Source: Squalus acanthias
Taxonomy: Eukaryota
Direction: 5' to 3'
Length of the DNA stretch: 64,000 nt
NCBI GenBank assembly: GCA_030390025.1
Contig: JASTWF010000048.1
Span: forward strand, 2,108,001 to 2,172,000
Shown here: one piece after another, positions 50,125 to 61,389 of the stretch
Layout of the letters: every line of letters starts with the position of its first letter
Numbering within the stretch: position 1 is the first letter of the stretch
Notes under the pieces: generated by a model
What the model saw: the letters and a program-made list of their open reading frames with translations, nothing else
What the model was told of the DNA's origin: nothing
The model's database searches: none
Made by a program: the position numbers and the translations under genes

Positions 50125-52039
50125 CTTTTGCTGGAAGCTTATCCCTTAATAATGAAAGGAGCGAGAACAGGAGAGTTGTGTTTTGTGAGGATCCAACCCG
50201 CTCTGTTCAAATCATTGAGGAAAACATGAAGAACGTGAGGAAGTGATGCAGGTTTGGACAGCCTCGCCCCTCCCTCTCTGATTGGCAGCCCCGCACCGCC
50301 CTCCCTTATTGACAACCCGGCTCTTCCTCTCTGATTGGCAGTAATTCCAGCAGACGGGATATGAATGTGGCAATGGGGACACAGACAGAATTAATTAATG
50401 AACAAAACAGAGGTAGATGAAGTTTAATGTGGGCAAGTGTGAGATCATCCACTGCCAAACTAAGAAAGAGTATCAGAAAATGTTCTAAATGGAGAAAAGC
50501 TGGGAACTGTGGAGGTGCAAAGGGATTTAGGTTTCAAACTACACAAATCGCTCTCGGCCAGTAGACAGATACAAAAATCAAAAAGGCTAATGGAATGTTG
50601 GCCTTTATCTCAAGGGTGCTGGAATACAGAAGAGAGAAAGTTATGCTTCAGTTGTACAGAGACCTGGTCAGACTCCATCTGGAACAGGACGTTCATTTCT
50701 GGGGAACACACTTCAGGGAGGATATATTGCCCTTGGAGGGAGTGCAGCGAAGATTCACCAGAATGATCCCGGGGATTACAGGGTTTATTATGAGGACAAA
50801 TTACATAGACTAGGCTTGTATTCCATTGAGAACAGAAGATTGAGCAGTGATCCTACTGAGGTGTTGAAAATGTTAAAAGTATTGGAGACTGTAGATAGAG
50901 AGAAGATATTCCCTCTGGTAGGGGCAGCCAGAACTAGGGGTCATCAGCTGAGCATTAAAGCGAGGCCGATCAAGGGTCATATCTGGAGGCCCCTCTCGAA
51001 ACAAAGGATAATGAAAATCTGCAGTTCTCTCGCCCAAAATTGCTGGTGAGGCCAGAAGTCAACTGGAGATTTCAAAACTTAGATTTCTGTATCTAAGGGT
51101 ATGAAGGGGTAGGGAACCAATGAGGGTAAATGGAGTTATGATTCAGATCAAACAGGATCTGATTGAACGGCGGAGCGGCTCGAAGGGCTGAATTGGCTCC
51201 TTCTGCTCCGAATAAACCATGTTCCAGGCATTGGTGGGTTTCATGGTCCTAGAGCGCCCTCTCCCTGTGGAGAATGAAAACACCGCGCCAGTGGACAAAG
51301 ACAACACGTCATCAGTGAATGAAAACCCAAACATCGTTTTACTTTCTTTCTTTCATTCATTCATTATTGCTACTTTTACTTCGTTTTTGCATTTGTTAAT
51401 ATTCTATTTTTGGGGTCTGAACCAGTTTCACCTCCCCTGACTGCGCTGGCACTCTGCTAACTGAATGTGCTCAATAATTCAGCACAGGATGGGTTGATAT
51501 TGTATACTATCAGCACTGCCTTCTATTCCTTTCTCCCTCATGTGCTTATCCCGCATTCCCTTAACTGTATCTGCGCCTTCGCCTCAACTACTCATTTTGG
51601 TAGCGAGATCTGCATCCTCCCCACTCTCTGGGTAAAAAAGATTCTGCTGAATCCCCTAATGGATTTATTAGTGACTATCTCATATCTAAGGCCACTAGTT
51701 TTGATCGTCCATACAATTGAAAATATCTATCTAAGTCTACCCTCTAGAATCCCTTCCAGAATTATAAAGACCTCTATCAGGTCATCCCTCGGTCTTCTCT
51801 TCTTTAGAGTAAAGAGCCCCAGCCTGTTCAGCCTTTCCTGATAGTTATAACCTCTCACTTTTGGTGTCATCCTAGTAAATATTTATTTTCTCCTCCTCCA
51901 GTGCCTCTATATCTAATCACCTCAATTCGATACAGACCCATCTCTTCTTGTCCAAAACACGTAAACTCTACAATATAAACATAACCGCTCGAGGCACAGC
52001 GCGGTTTCATCATCCACAGGTGTTTCCGGACGCCTTTGG

Positions 52040-52078
52040 GGTTTTTGTTGAGCTCCTCCATCTCTCTGAGTCACTGTG
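52040..52078 (-). other. 23-RSS of B9
   Basis: CACAGTG-23-ACAAAAACC. Confidence 0.93.
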
Positions 52079-52571
52079 AAGACTCCAGGCGCAGTAATAC
52101 ACGGCCGAGTGATTTCGGCTGCAGGCTGGAGGAATTCAGGTTGAACTCGGAGTCTTTCGGTCGCATCGGCGGTAAAACCGTCCACCGCACTCTTTGGATC
52201 CACGTGATTGGTAGCCGTGGAGGAAAACATATTCTGCGGCTCCTTCCCCGGATATTGTCTGTACCAGTAAATAGTAGGCGTACAGGTGCCCTCCACATCG
52301 CACTTCAGTTCCACTCCATCCCCGGGAAATCTGGAGACAGCGGCGGGGAGTCTGGCGGATAGTTTTCGAGTTCACTTCTGGGAAAGAGACAGGGAGAGAG
52401 GAGGAGGTCAGTAAATTGGAATATTATGGGGAAGGGGAGAAAAATAAAGAAGGGAAGGAGGAAAGAAGAAAGAAAGAGAGAATAGAGAAAAGGAAGTTTA
52501 TTAACAATAATTGTTTCTGTTCAAAGTCCCTTACGGTGAAACAAGATCATCAGACCCAGTAACAGATACAT
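52079..52571 (-). pseudogene. Family B V (B9), frameshifted as assembled; possibly functional
   Basis: Leader 52535..52571 intact, perfect RSS. V exon 52079..52377 has three single-base insertions. Confidence 0.75.
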
Positions 52572-53942
52572 ATTTTATTTTAAGCTGTCCCGTCAATAAG
52601 TAAAGGAGCGAAACAGGATCGTTGTGTGTTGTGAGGATCCAATCCGCTCTTCTGAAATCATTGAAACAAAACATGAAGAGCAAAAGCAAGTGGTGCAGGT
52701 TTGGACAGCCCCCGCCCCTCCCTCTATGACTGACAGCCCCGCCCCACCCTCTCTATTTGACAGACCCGCCCCCTCTCTGACAGAGAGCCCGCGCCCCTCC
52801 CTCTCTGATTGACAGCTCCGCCCCTGCCTCTCTGATTGACAGCGTGCCCCTCCCTCTCTGAGAGGCAGTGAGTCGAGCAGCGGGAGCTGGATGTTGCAAA
52901 GTGGCAGAGAAAGATTACTTGAATGAGCAATGCAGTGACACTGACAGATGGGAGTTTAATGTGGGCAACCGTGAGATCATCCCCTGTGCACCTGAAGGAA
53001 TGATAGATCGGAATATTGTTCAAATGGCGATCAGCTAAAAAAAGTGCAAACCTAATGATTGGCTGGCTTTTATCTCAAAGGGGGAGGAAGTTATCTTTCA
53101 GTTGTATAATGCTGTGATCAGACTCTGTCTGGAGAACTTCGTGGCATCTCTGGAATTCTGGGCAATCTATATCTGGAAGGATATATTTGCCTTGAAGTGG
53201 GGTGTCCGCATATTCACCAGAATGATAAGAGAGCAAAAAAGACTTTAATTATGAGAACAGGTTGTCAAAACTTTGCTTTATTCCCTTCAGGATAGAAGAT
53301 TAAGAGATGAGCTTATTGAGGTGTTTGAGAATGTTAAAAGAATTCGAGTTGGTAGATTGAGAGAAACTATTCCCTCTGGTGAGGACAAAGGGAAATAACC
53401 TTAAAATTATAGCTAGGCCGTTCAGCTTTCATATCTGGAAAGCACTTATTACACAAAGGGTAGTGGAAATCTGGAAATCCCTCACTCAGTTCACTGATGA
53501 GGTTAGAGTTCAATTGGAGATTCCAAAACTTAGATAGACCGATTATTGTTAAGTAAGGGTATCAAGGATTATGGTAACAACAGCAGGCATAAACGGGTCA
53601 TTTCGGGCTGGCAGGTTGTAACTAGTGGGGTACTTGGGCCTCAGCTATTTACAATCTAAATCAAAGACATAGATGAGAGGGCCAGTTTAATGTATACAAG
53701 TTTGCTGACGATACAAGGCTAGGTGGCAAAGTAAATTGTGAGGCGGAACGCAAAGTGGCTGCGACGGGATATAGACAGGTTTAATAAGTGGACAAATCGT
53801 GGAAGATGGAATATAATGTGATTTAACCACTTTGGTAGGAAAATAGAAAAGCAGAATATTTTCAAATGGTGGGAGACTGGGAAATGTTGGTATTCAGAGA
53901 GACGTCTGTGTCCTTGTACACGAATCACTGAAAGTTAACATG

Positions 53943-54463
53943 CAGGTTGAATTCGTTGCCAGTCGGTCGCTCGGCGGTAAAACCTCTGGATTCACACTTT
54001 GTGCAGTTAGGGAGTAAAACATCAATTCAGGCTCCTTCCCCGGGTATTGTCTGTACCAATACATATACTGAGCACTTGTGCTTTCTCGAGTGCACTTCAG
54101 TAAACACTCCATCCCGGAAAATCTGGAGACAGCGGCGGGAGTCAGGCGTATAGTCTGCGAGTTTCACACATGGGAAAGAGAGGGAGAGGAGTAGGTCGGT
54201 AAATTGGGACATCCGGGGCAATGGGAGAAAAAGAAAGAATGGAAGAAAGCAAGAAAGAAAGATAGAAAGAATGAATGAAGAAAAGAAATTAAAACGTAAA
54301 AGTAATTTTTTAACAAGAATTAATATCTGCCACAATTGGAGAAAAAGAAATAAGGGAAAGAGGAAAGAAAGAAAGACGTAAAAGTAGTTTATTAACAAAG
54401 AATTAATGTTTGATAAAATCCCTTACGGTGCAAGAAGAAAATAAGACCCAGCAACAGATACAT
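53943..54463 (-). pseudogene. Family B V pseudogene (B10), 3' end and RSS lost
   Basis: Leader 54427..54463. Acceptor AG lost, ~12-nt internal deletion, FR3 fused to CR1 at CAGGT. Confidence 0.82.
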
Positions 54464-55950
54464 CTTTTACATGAAGTATATCCCTTAATAATGAAAGCTG
54501 CGAGAACAGGAGCGTGGAGTCTTGTGAGGAGCCAACCCGCTCTTTAAAAATCATTGAGGAACCCCTGAGCAGCGTCAGGAAGTGATGCAGAGTTGGACAC
54601 GCCGCATCCAAGAGCGAACCAATCAGAATCGATGAGCTTTCTAATTACCAATGACGGACTGGACCTTATGCCGTCAACATCCCAACAATGGTGTCAATCG
54701 CTCGTTTATTGTTTGCTAATCAGAAATGAAATTATCCACGTCTTGGAATCCCGATTAGCCACGTTGTAGATTCCCAATTAGACCATACCTTGATTCCCAA
54801 TTAGCCAAATGTGTGGCTAACACATGGACAACACTGGTCTACAGTAAGCCCTTTTGATAACGTGAGGCAGTCGGTGCAACAATATCCGGGTCCCATCGGG
54901 CTGTTCATCAGTTCATCTCTTCTATTGCATGGTTGGGCCTAGGACGATCAGGAGGCCACAAAGACTCGGCCCTTGACTGGGGAACTTGCAAACGGCCCAC
55001 TGTCGCAGGCTGCAGTGAACCCGTTCCACATCAGAGATAACAGTCGCTGAGCTGGAACATGAATGGTCACGGATATAGAGCTAAATCGAAGAGGAAATCA
55101 TTTCCTAGGTCTCCTTAATGACCTTCATTATTGCAAATAAATGATATCAAGGGGGTAAGAGGTTAGAATTACAGATTAAAAGGATTAGCTGACGTAAGTG
55201 GATTAATGGCCTCCTCCCTTTCCTGTGTAAGAGGCTCGAGGGGCTGAATGGCCTCCTCCTGATCCTGTGTAAGAAACTCATGGGGCTGATGGCCTCCTCC
55301 TGCTCCTTTGTTCCGATTGAACCATGTACCGAGCACTGGTGTGTTTCCTGGTCTAGAGCGCCCCTCTACTGTCCCTGTGGCGAAAGAAAAGCACAATGTC
55401 AGTGTATAAAAAGTACTTTTAATTTTATTTCCCTCTTTCTACATTTCGTTTCTACTTTTGGTTAATATCGTTCTGCCTTTCTGATCATCTTTCCTTGTTT
55501 TCTCCACATTTATTTCCTTCTCTTTTTTCTTCCCCTGCCTTCCTTCCTGTCTTTTTCTTTATTTCGTTCTTCCATCATGTCTTCCTTTCTTTCAATCTTT
55601 CTTTATTTTTTTTTCCTTTTTCTTCCCAGCTTACTTTCTTTCTTTTATAATTTCTATCTTCTTTACTTTCTATCTTTCTCTCCTTGGCCTAACCTATCAA
55701 ACCACTGATAATACTCCAAGAACTGCGCCAGTCTGTTCAGAATTTCCTGATACTTTATAACCTCTCAATTCTGGCATTATCTTTGTTAATCTTTCTTTGC
55801 ACCTTCTCCAGTGCAGATATAAATCTAATCTCTCACTTTAATATCTAACCCGTCAATTCTTCTTGTCAAAAGCATGTTCGCTCTGCCAAATAACCCCAAC
55901 AGCACCGCGCGGTTTTAATCTTAAACACAGGTGTTTTCTGCCGCCTTTGG

Positions 55951-55989
55951 GGATTTTGTTGAGCTCCTCCATCTCTCTGAGTCACTGTG
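55951..55989 (-). other. 23-RSS of B11
   Basis: CACAGTG-23-ACAAAATCC. Confidence 0.88.
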
Positions 55990-56376
55990 AAGACTCCAGG
56001 CGCAGTAATATACGGCCGAGTGATTCGCCTGCAGGCTGGAGGACTTCAGGTTGAACTCGTTTCCAGTCGGTCGCTCCGGCGGTAAAACCGTCCACCGTCC
56101 CCTCTGGATTCAAGAGATTTGTACCCGTGGAATAAAACATAAATTGCGGGCTCCTTCCCCGGGTATTGTCTGTACCAGAACATATACTTATTACTGTGCT
56201 TTCCAGAATGCACTTCAGTAACACTACATCCCCGGGAAATCTGGAGACAGCGGCGGGAGTCCTGGCGGATAGTCTGCGAATTGACATCTGGGAAAGAGAC
56301 AGGAGAGGAGAGATGTCATAAACAAGAACATTCTGGGTGTTGGAGCAATAAAGCAAAATAGCAAGAACGAAAGGAG

Positions 56377-56462
<86 letters not shown>

Positions 56463-56552
56463 GTAACGTAAAGGAAGATTATTAACAAGAAATAATGATG
56501 AAAAAGTCCCTCACAGTGAAACAAGATAAATCAGACTCAGTAACAGATACAT
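55990..56552 (-). pseudogene. Family B V (B11), frameshifted as assembled; possibly functional
   Basis: V exon 55990..56287 has four single-base indels. Leader 56515..56552 is 1 nt long. RSS nonamer ACAAAATCC. Confidence 0.75.
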
Positions 56553-57848
56553 CTTTTACTTGAAGCGTTTCTCTTAATAATTGAAAGCAGCGAGAATAGG
56601 AGCGTGGAGTCTTGTGAGGAACCACCCGCTCTTAAAAATCATTGACGAAACCCTGAGGCAGAGTGAGGGAGTGATGCAGAGTTGGTCACGCCCCTTCCTC
56701 CAGCGAACAAATCAGAATCGATGTGCTTGCTAATTACCAATGACTGACTGGACCTTATGCCGTTAACTATTCCCAACAACGGTGTCTGTCGCTCGTTTAT
56801 TGTTCGCTAATCAGAAATGAAATTATCCACGTCTCTATTCCCGATTAGCCACATGTAGATTCCCAATTAGCCAAACCTTGATTCCCAATTAGCCACATGT
56901 GAATAGTGGCGAACACATGGACAACACTGGGCTAAAGTAAACCCTTTTGGTAACGTGTGGCCGTCGGTGCAACAATATCCGGGTCACAGCGGGCTGTTCA
57001 TCTGTTCTATTGCATGGTTGGGTCTGTGACGATCAGGAGGACTCAAAGATTCGCCCTTGACTGGGGAACTTGCAAACGTCCCCACTGTATTCAGACTGCA
57101 GTGAACCCGTTCCACATTAGAGATAGCACTCGCTGAGCTGGAAGATGAATGGCCACGGATTTAGAGCTAAATGGAAGAGGGGCTGAATGGCCTTCGCCCG
57201 TTCAAGTATCAGAGGCTCGGTGCGCTGAATAGCCGACTTCTGTTCCCGTGTTCCTATTGACCGCCCTCTACTGTCCCTGTGGAGAAAGACAACACAATGT
57301 CTGTGTAATAAAAAATAGTATTATACTTACTTACCTTCTTTATATATTTCGTTCTATTTTTATTTCTATCTTTCTGCGTTCTACCTTTCTTTCTTTTTTG
57401 TATTTTTCGTTCTATCCTTCTCCTTTTGTCTTTCCTTGCTTCCTTACTTTCTTTCTTCTTTCGTTCCCTCTTCCTTTATTTCTTTCTCTTTTTTCTTCCT
57501 TTCTTTCTTTTATTTTTTCCTATCTTCCTTTCTTTAATCTTTCTGCTGTACGCCTCCCCTATAAAAACAAATTGTTAATCTTTAAGGACCTCTGTCATGT
57601 CACAACTCAGCCTTCTCTTCTCTGCAGTAAACAGTCCCAGCCTCTTCAGCCTGTCCTGATAGTTAGTACCTCTCAATTCTGATCTCATCCTTGTTAATCA
57701 TTATTTCTACTTCTCCTGTGCCTCTATAATTAATCTCTCACTTTTAATCTTCCTGTTGTCAAAATCACGTTCGCTCTGTAAAATAACCCAACAGGACGCG
57801 GCGCACCGCGGGGTTTTACATTAAACAGTTGGTTTCCTGCCGCCTTTG

Positions 57849-57887
57849 GGTTTTTGTTGAGCTCCTCCATCTCTCTGAGCCACTATG
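57849..57887 (-). other. Inactive 23-RSS of B12
   Basis: CATAGTG-23-ACAAAAACC; invariant CAC lost. Confidence 0.82.
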
Positions 57888-58403
57888 AAAACTCCAGGCG
57901 CAGTATTACACGGCCGAGTGATTTCGCCCGCAGCTGGAGCACTTCAGATTGAACTTGTAGTCATCGGTCGCTCGGCGGTAAAACCGTCCACCGTTCGCCC
58001 TGGATCCACGGCATAGGTCGTCAAGGAGTAAAACATCAACTGCGGCTCCTTCCCCGGGTATTGTCTATAACAGGACATGCGATTGCAACTAGTCCCCCTC
58101 CACATCTCACTTCAGTTCCACTCCATCCCCGGGAAATCTGGAGAAAGTTGCGGGAGGTCTGGCGATATTCCTGCTAGTTCACGGCTGGGAAGAGACGGGG
58201 AGAGGAGGAATTCAGTAAACGGTGTTATTTGTAAATATGGAGAAGAGAAATAAAGAATGAAAGAAAAAAGGAAAGAAAGAATGAAAGAAAGTCAGAAAGA
58301 AAGAAGGAAAGAAGGACAGAAAGAAAGAGTAAAGGAAGCTAATTAACTAGATATATTGTCCCTTACGGTGGTGCAAAATTATAAGACCCAGTAACAAATA
58401 CAT
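57888..58403 (-). pseudogene. Family B V pseudogene (B12)
   Basis: Stops, indels, Trp41 lost, heptamer CATAGTG. Leader 58367..58403. Confidence 0.88.
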
Positions 58404-60019
58404 CTTTTACTGGAAGCTTTTCTCTTAATAATGAAATGAGCGAGAACAGGAGAGTTGAGTCTTGTGAGGAGCCAATCCGCTCTTTTCAAATCATTGAGGA
58501 AAACATGAAGAGCGTGAGGACGTGATGCAGGGTTGGACACGCCCCCTTCCTCCATCGAACCAAGCAGTATCTATGTGCTTGCTAATTACCAATGACTGAC
58601 TGGATCTTATGCCGTTCACATTCCCAGCAATGGTGCCCATTGCTCATTGTTTATTTACTAATCAGAAATGCATTAACGCACATCTGGATTCCCAGTCATC
58701 AACATCTGTATCCCAAGTTAGCCACATGTGACTAGTGGCGCACACATGAACAACACTCGTCTAAAGTAAGCCCTTCAGATAAGAAGAGGCAGTCGGTGCA
58801 ACAATATCCGGGTCACATCGGGCTGCTTATCTGTTCTGCCATGTGGTTGGCTCATAATGGGCGTATGATGACCTAGGAGGAATCACAGACTCGCCCTTGA
58901 CTGCGGAAATTGCAAACGGCCCCCACTGTATTCCGATTGCCGTAACCCGTTTCCACATCAGAGATATTACTGGCTGAGCTGGAACGTGAATGGCCACGGA
59001 TATAGAGCTAAATGGAACAGGGAATAATTTCCTAGGTGTGCTTAAAGACCCTCATTAATGCAAATAAAGTCCGGTTGTTGATATATTAGTTTTTTGAAAA
59101 TAATCATATAATAGTGCAGCACAGAAGGAGGTCATTCGCCGCATGGAGTCTGCGCCGGATTTTTCGAAGAACAATGCAGTTAGTTCACACTCCGCGCCGC
59201 TCTTTCCCCATATCCCTGCAGTTTCGCTCCTACGAATATTTATCCAAGTCCCTTTTGGAATGTGGAACTCTCGCCCCCAAAATGCTGCGGATGCTGGGGG
59301 ACAATTGGCACGCAAGGCCTGATTGGATCGATTCCATGTTGGGTTCGGATATCAAGGGATATGCAGCAAAGGCGGGTTAATGAGGTTGAATTACAGATTA
59401 AAAGGCAGAGCTGACGCAATGGAAGAATGGTCTCCTTTCAATTCCTATGTAAGAGGGACATGGGGGCTGAAAGGCCTCCTCCTGTTCCTGTCTAACAGGC
59501 CTCGAGGGGCTGAATGGCCTCCTCCTGTTCCTGTGATACGATTAAAACATGTTCCGGGCACTGGTTGTGTTTCATGGTCTAGAGCACCCTCTACTGTCCC
59601 TGTGGAGAAACAAAGCACAATGTCACTGCATGAAAAAGTACTTTTAATTACTTTCCTTCTTCTATATTTCGTTCTTTCTTTTCAATATCTTTCTTTCCTC
59701 TCATTTTTCTTCCCAGCCTCCAACCTTTGTTTTTCTTTATTTAGTTCTTACATTATTCTTCCTTTCTTTACTTCTTTCTTTCTTTATTTCCCTAAATTCC
59801 TGTCTTTCTTTCGGGGCTCAGAGGGCTAATTGCTGAGGACAGGTTGCATAAACTTGGCTTGCATCCCCTTGAGTTTTGGAGATTGAGGAGTGAACTGACT
59901 GAGGTGTTTCAAATGTTAAAATGATCCGATAGGGACGATACAGAGAAACTATTTCCTCTGGTGGGCGCATCCAGAACAGTCCCAAATGCGACTGAGTTAC
60001 AAATCAGGCATGATCGGAT

Positions 60020-60225
60020 AGAACGGCTGAATGGCCTCCTCCCGTTCCTCTGTAAGAGGCTCGTGGGACTGAATGGCCTCCTCTTGTTCCTGTGACATAG
60101 GCTCGAGGGGCTGAATGGCCTCCTCCGGTTCCTGTGTAATTGGCTCGTGGGGTTGAATGGCCTCCTCCTGTTCCTGTGTAAGAGGCTCGTGGGGCTGAAT
60201 GGCCTCCTCCTGTTCCTGTGTTCCG
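60020..60225 (+). repeat. ~41-bp minisatellite built from the CR1/SINE 3' stem-loop (also ~11780, 15455, 23075, 31040, 39285, 48810, 55200, 59460)
   Basis: Tandem GGCTCGAGGGGCTGAATGGCCTCCTCCTGTTCCTGTGTAA units. Confidence 0.75.
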
Positions 60226-60880
60226 ATTGAACCATGTTCCGGGAACTGGTGTATTCCTTGGTCTAGAGCGCCCTCTACTGTCCCTGTGGAGAAAGAAAGC
60301 ACAATGTCAGTGTATTAAATAATTGTTTTAATTACTATCCTTCTTTCAACATTTCGTTCTATTTATCATTACTATCGTTCTGCCTTTCTATCTTTCTTTC
60401 TTTTCACCACCATTCTTTCCTTTTCATTTTTCTTCCCTGCTTCCTTCCTTTCTTTATTCTTTATTTCCTTCTTTCATTATTTATTTCTTTCTGTCCTTCT
60501 ACCTTTATTTATTTCCACTTCCATCCTATCTTTCAATATTTTATACTTTCTATCTTCCTTTCTTTCTATATTTCATCACTACGCCTAACCTATCAACCCC
60601 ATTGATAATATTTAAAGATCTTTGTCAGGTCAGCACTCAGCCTTCTCTTTAAAGAGAAAAGAGTTCCAGACTGTTCAGCATTTCCTGATTGCTTAAAACT
60701 CTCAATTCTGACATTGTCCTTGATATTCTTTATTTACACCTTCTCCAGTGCCTCTATATCTAATCTCTCACTTTTATTCTAACCCGTCTCTTCTTGTTGT
60801 CAAAAACATATTCGCTCTGCAAAATAATCCCAACAGCACTGCGCGGTTTTATTTTAAACAGGTGTTTCCTGCCGCCTTTG

Positions 60881-60919
60881 GGTTTTTCTTGAGCTCCTCC
60901 ATCTCTCTGAGTCACTGTG
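60881..60919 (-). other. 23-RSS of B13
   Basis: CACAGTG-23-AGAAAAACC. Confidence 0.9.
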
Positions 60920-61389
60920 CAGACTCCAGGCGCAGTAATACACGGCCGAGTGATTCGCACGCAGGCTGGAGGACTTCAGGTTGAACTCGTTGTCATTCGG
61001 TCGCTCGGCGGTAAAATCGTCCACCGCGTTCTCTGGATTCACGTGATTGGTAGCCCCGGAGTAAAACAGAAACTGCGGCTCCTTCCCCGGGTATTGTCTG
61101 TACCAGAACATATACCTAGTACTGGTGCTTTCCAGAGTGCACTTCAGTAACACTCCATCCCGGGAAATTCTGGAGACAGCGGCGGGAGTCTGGCGAATAA
61201 TTTCCGAGCTCACGTCTGGGAAAGAGACAGGGAGAGAGGAGGAGGTCAGTAAATTGGGACAAACGTGGCAATGGGAGAAAAGAAAGAAAGCAAGGCAGAA
61301 CAACGTAAAAGTAGGTAATTAGCAAGAATTAATGTTTGAAAAAGTCACTTACGGTGAAACAAGATAATAAGACCCAGTAACAGATACAT
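60920..61389 (-). CDS. TRBV: TCR V segment, family B (B13), open frame; nonamer AGAAAAACC
   Basis: Leader 61353..61389 (MYLLLGLIILFH). V exon 60920..61215 open. 23-RSS. Confidence 0.88.
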
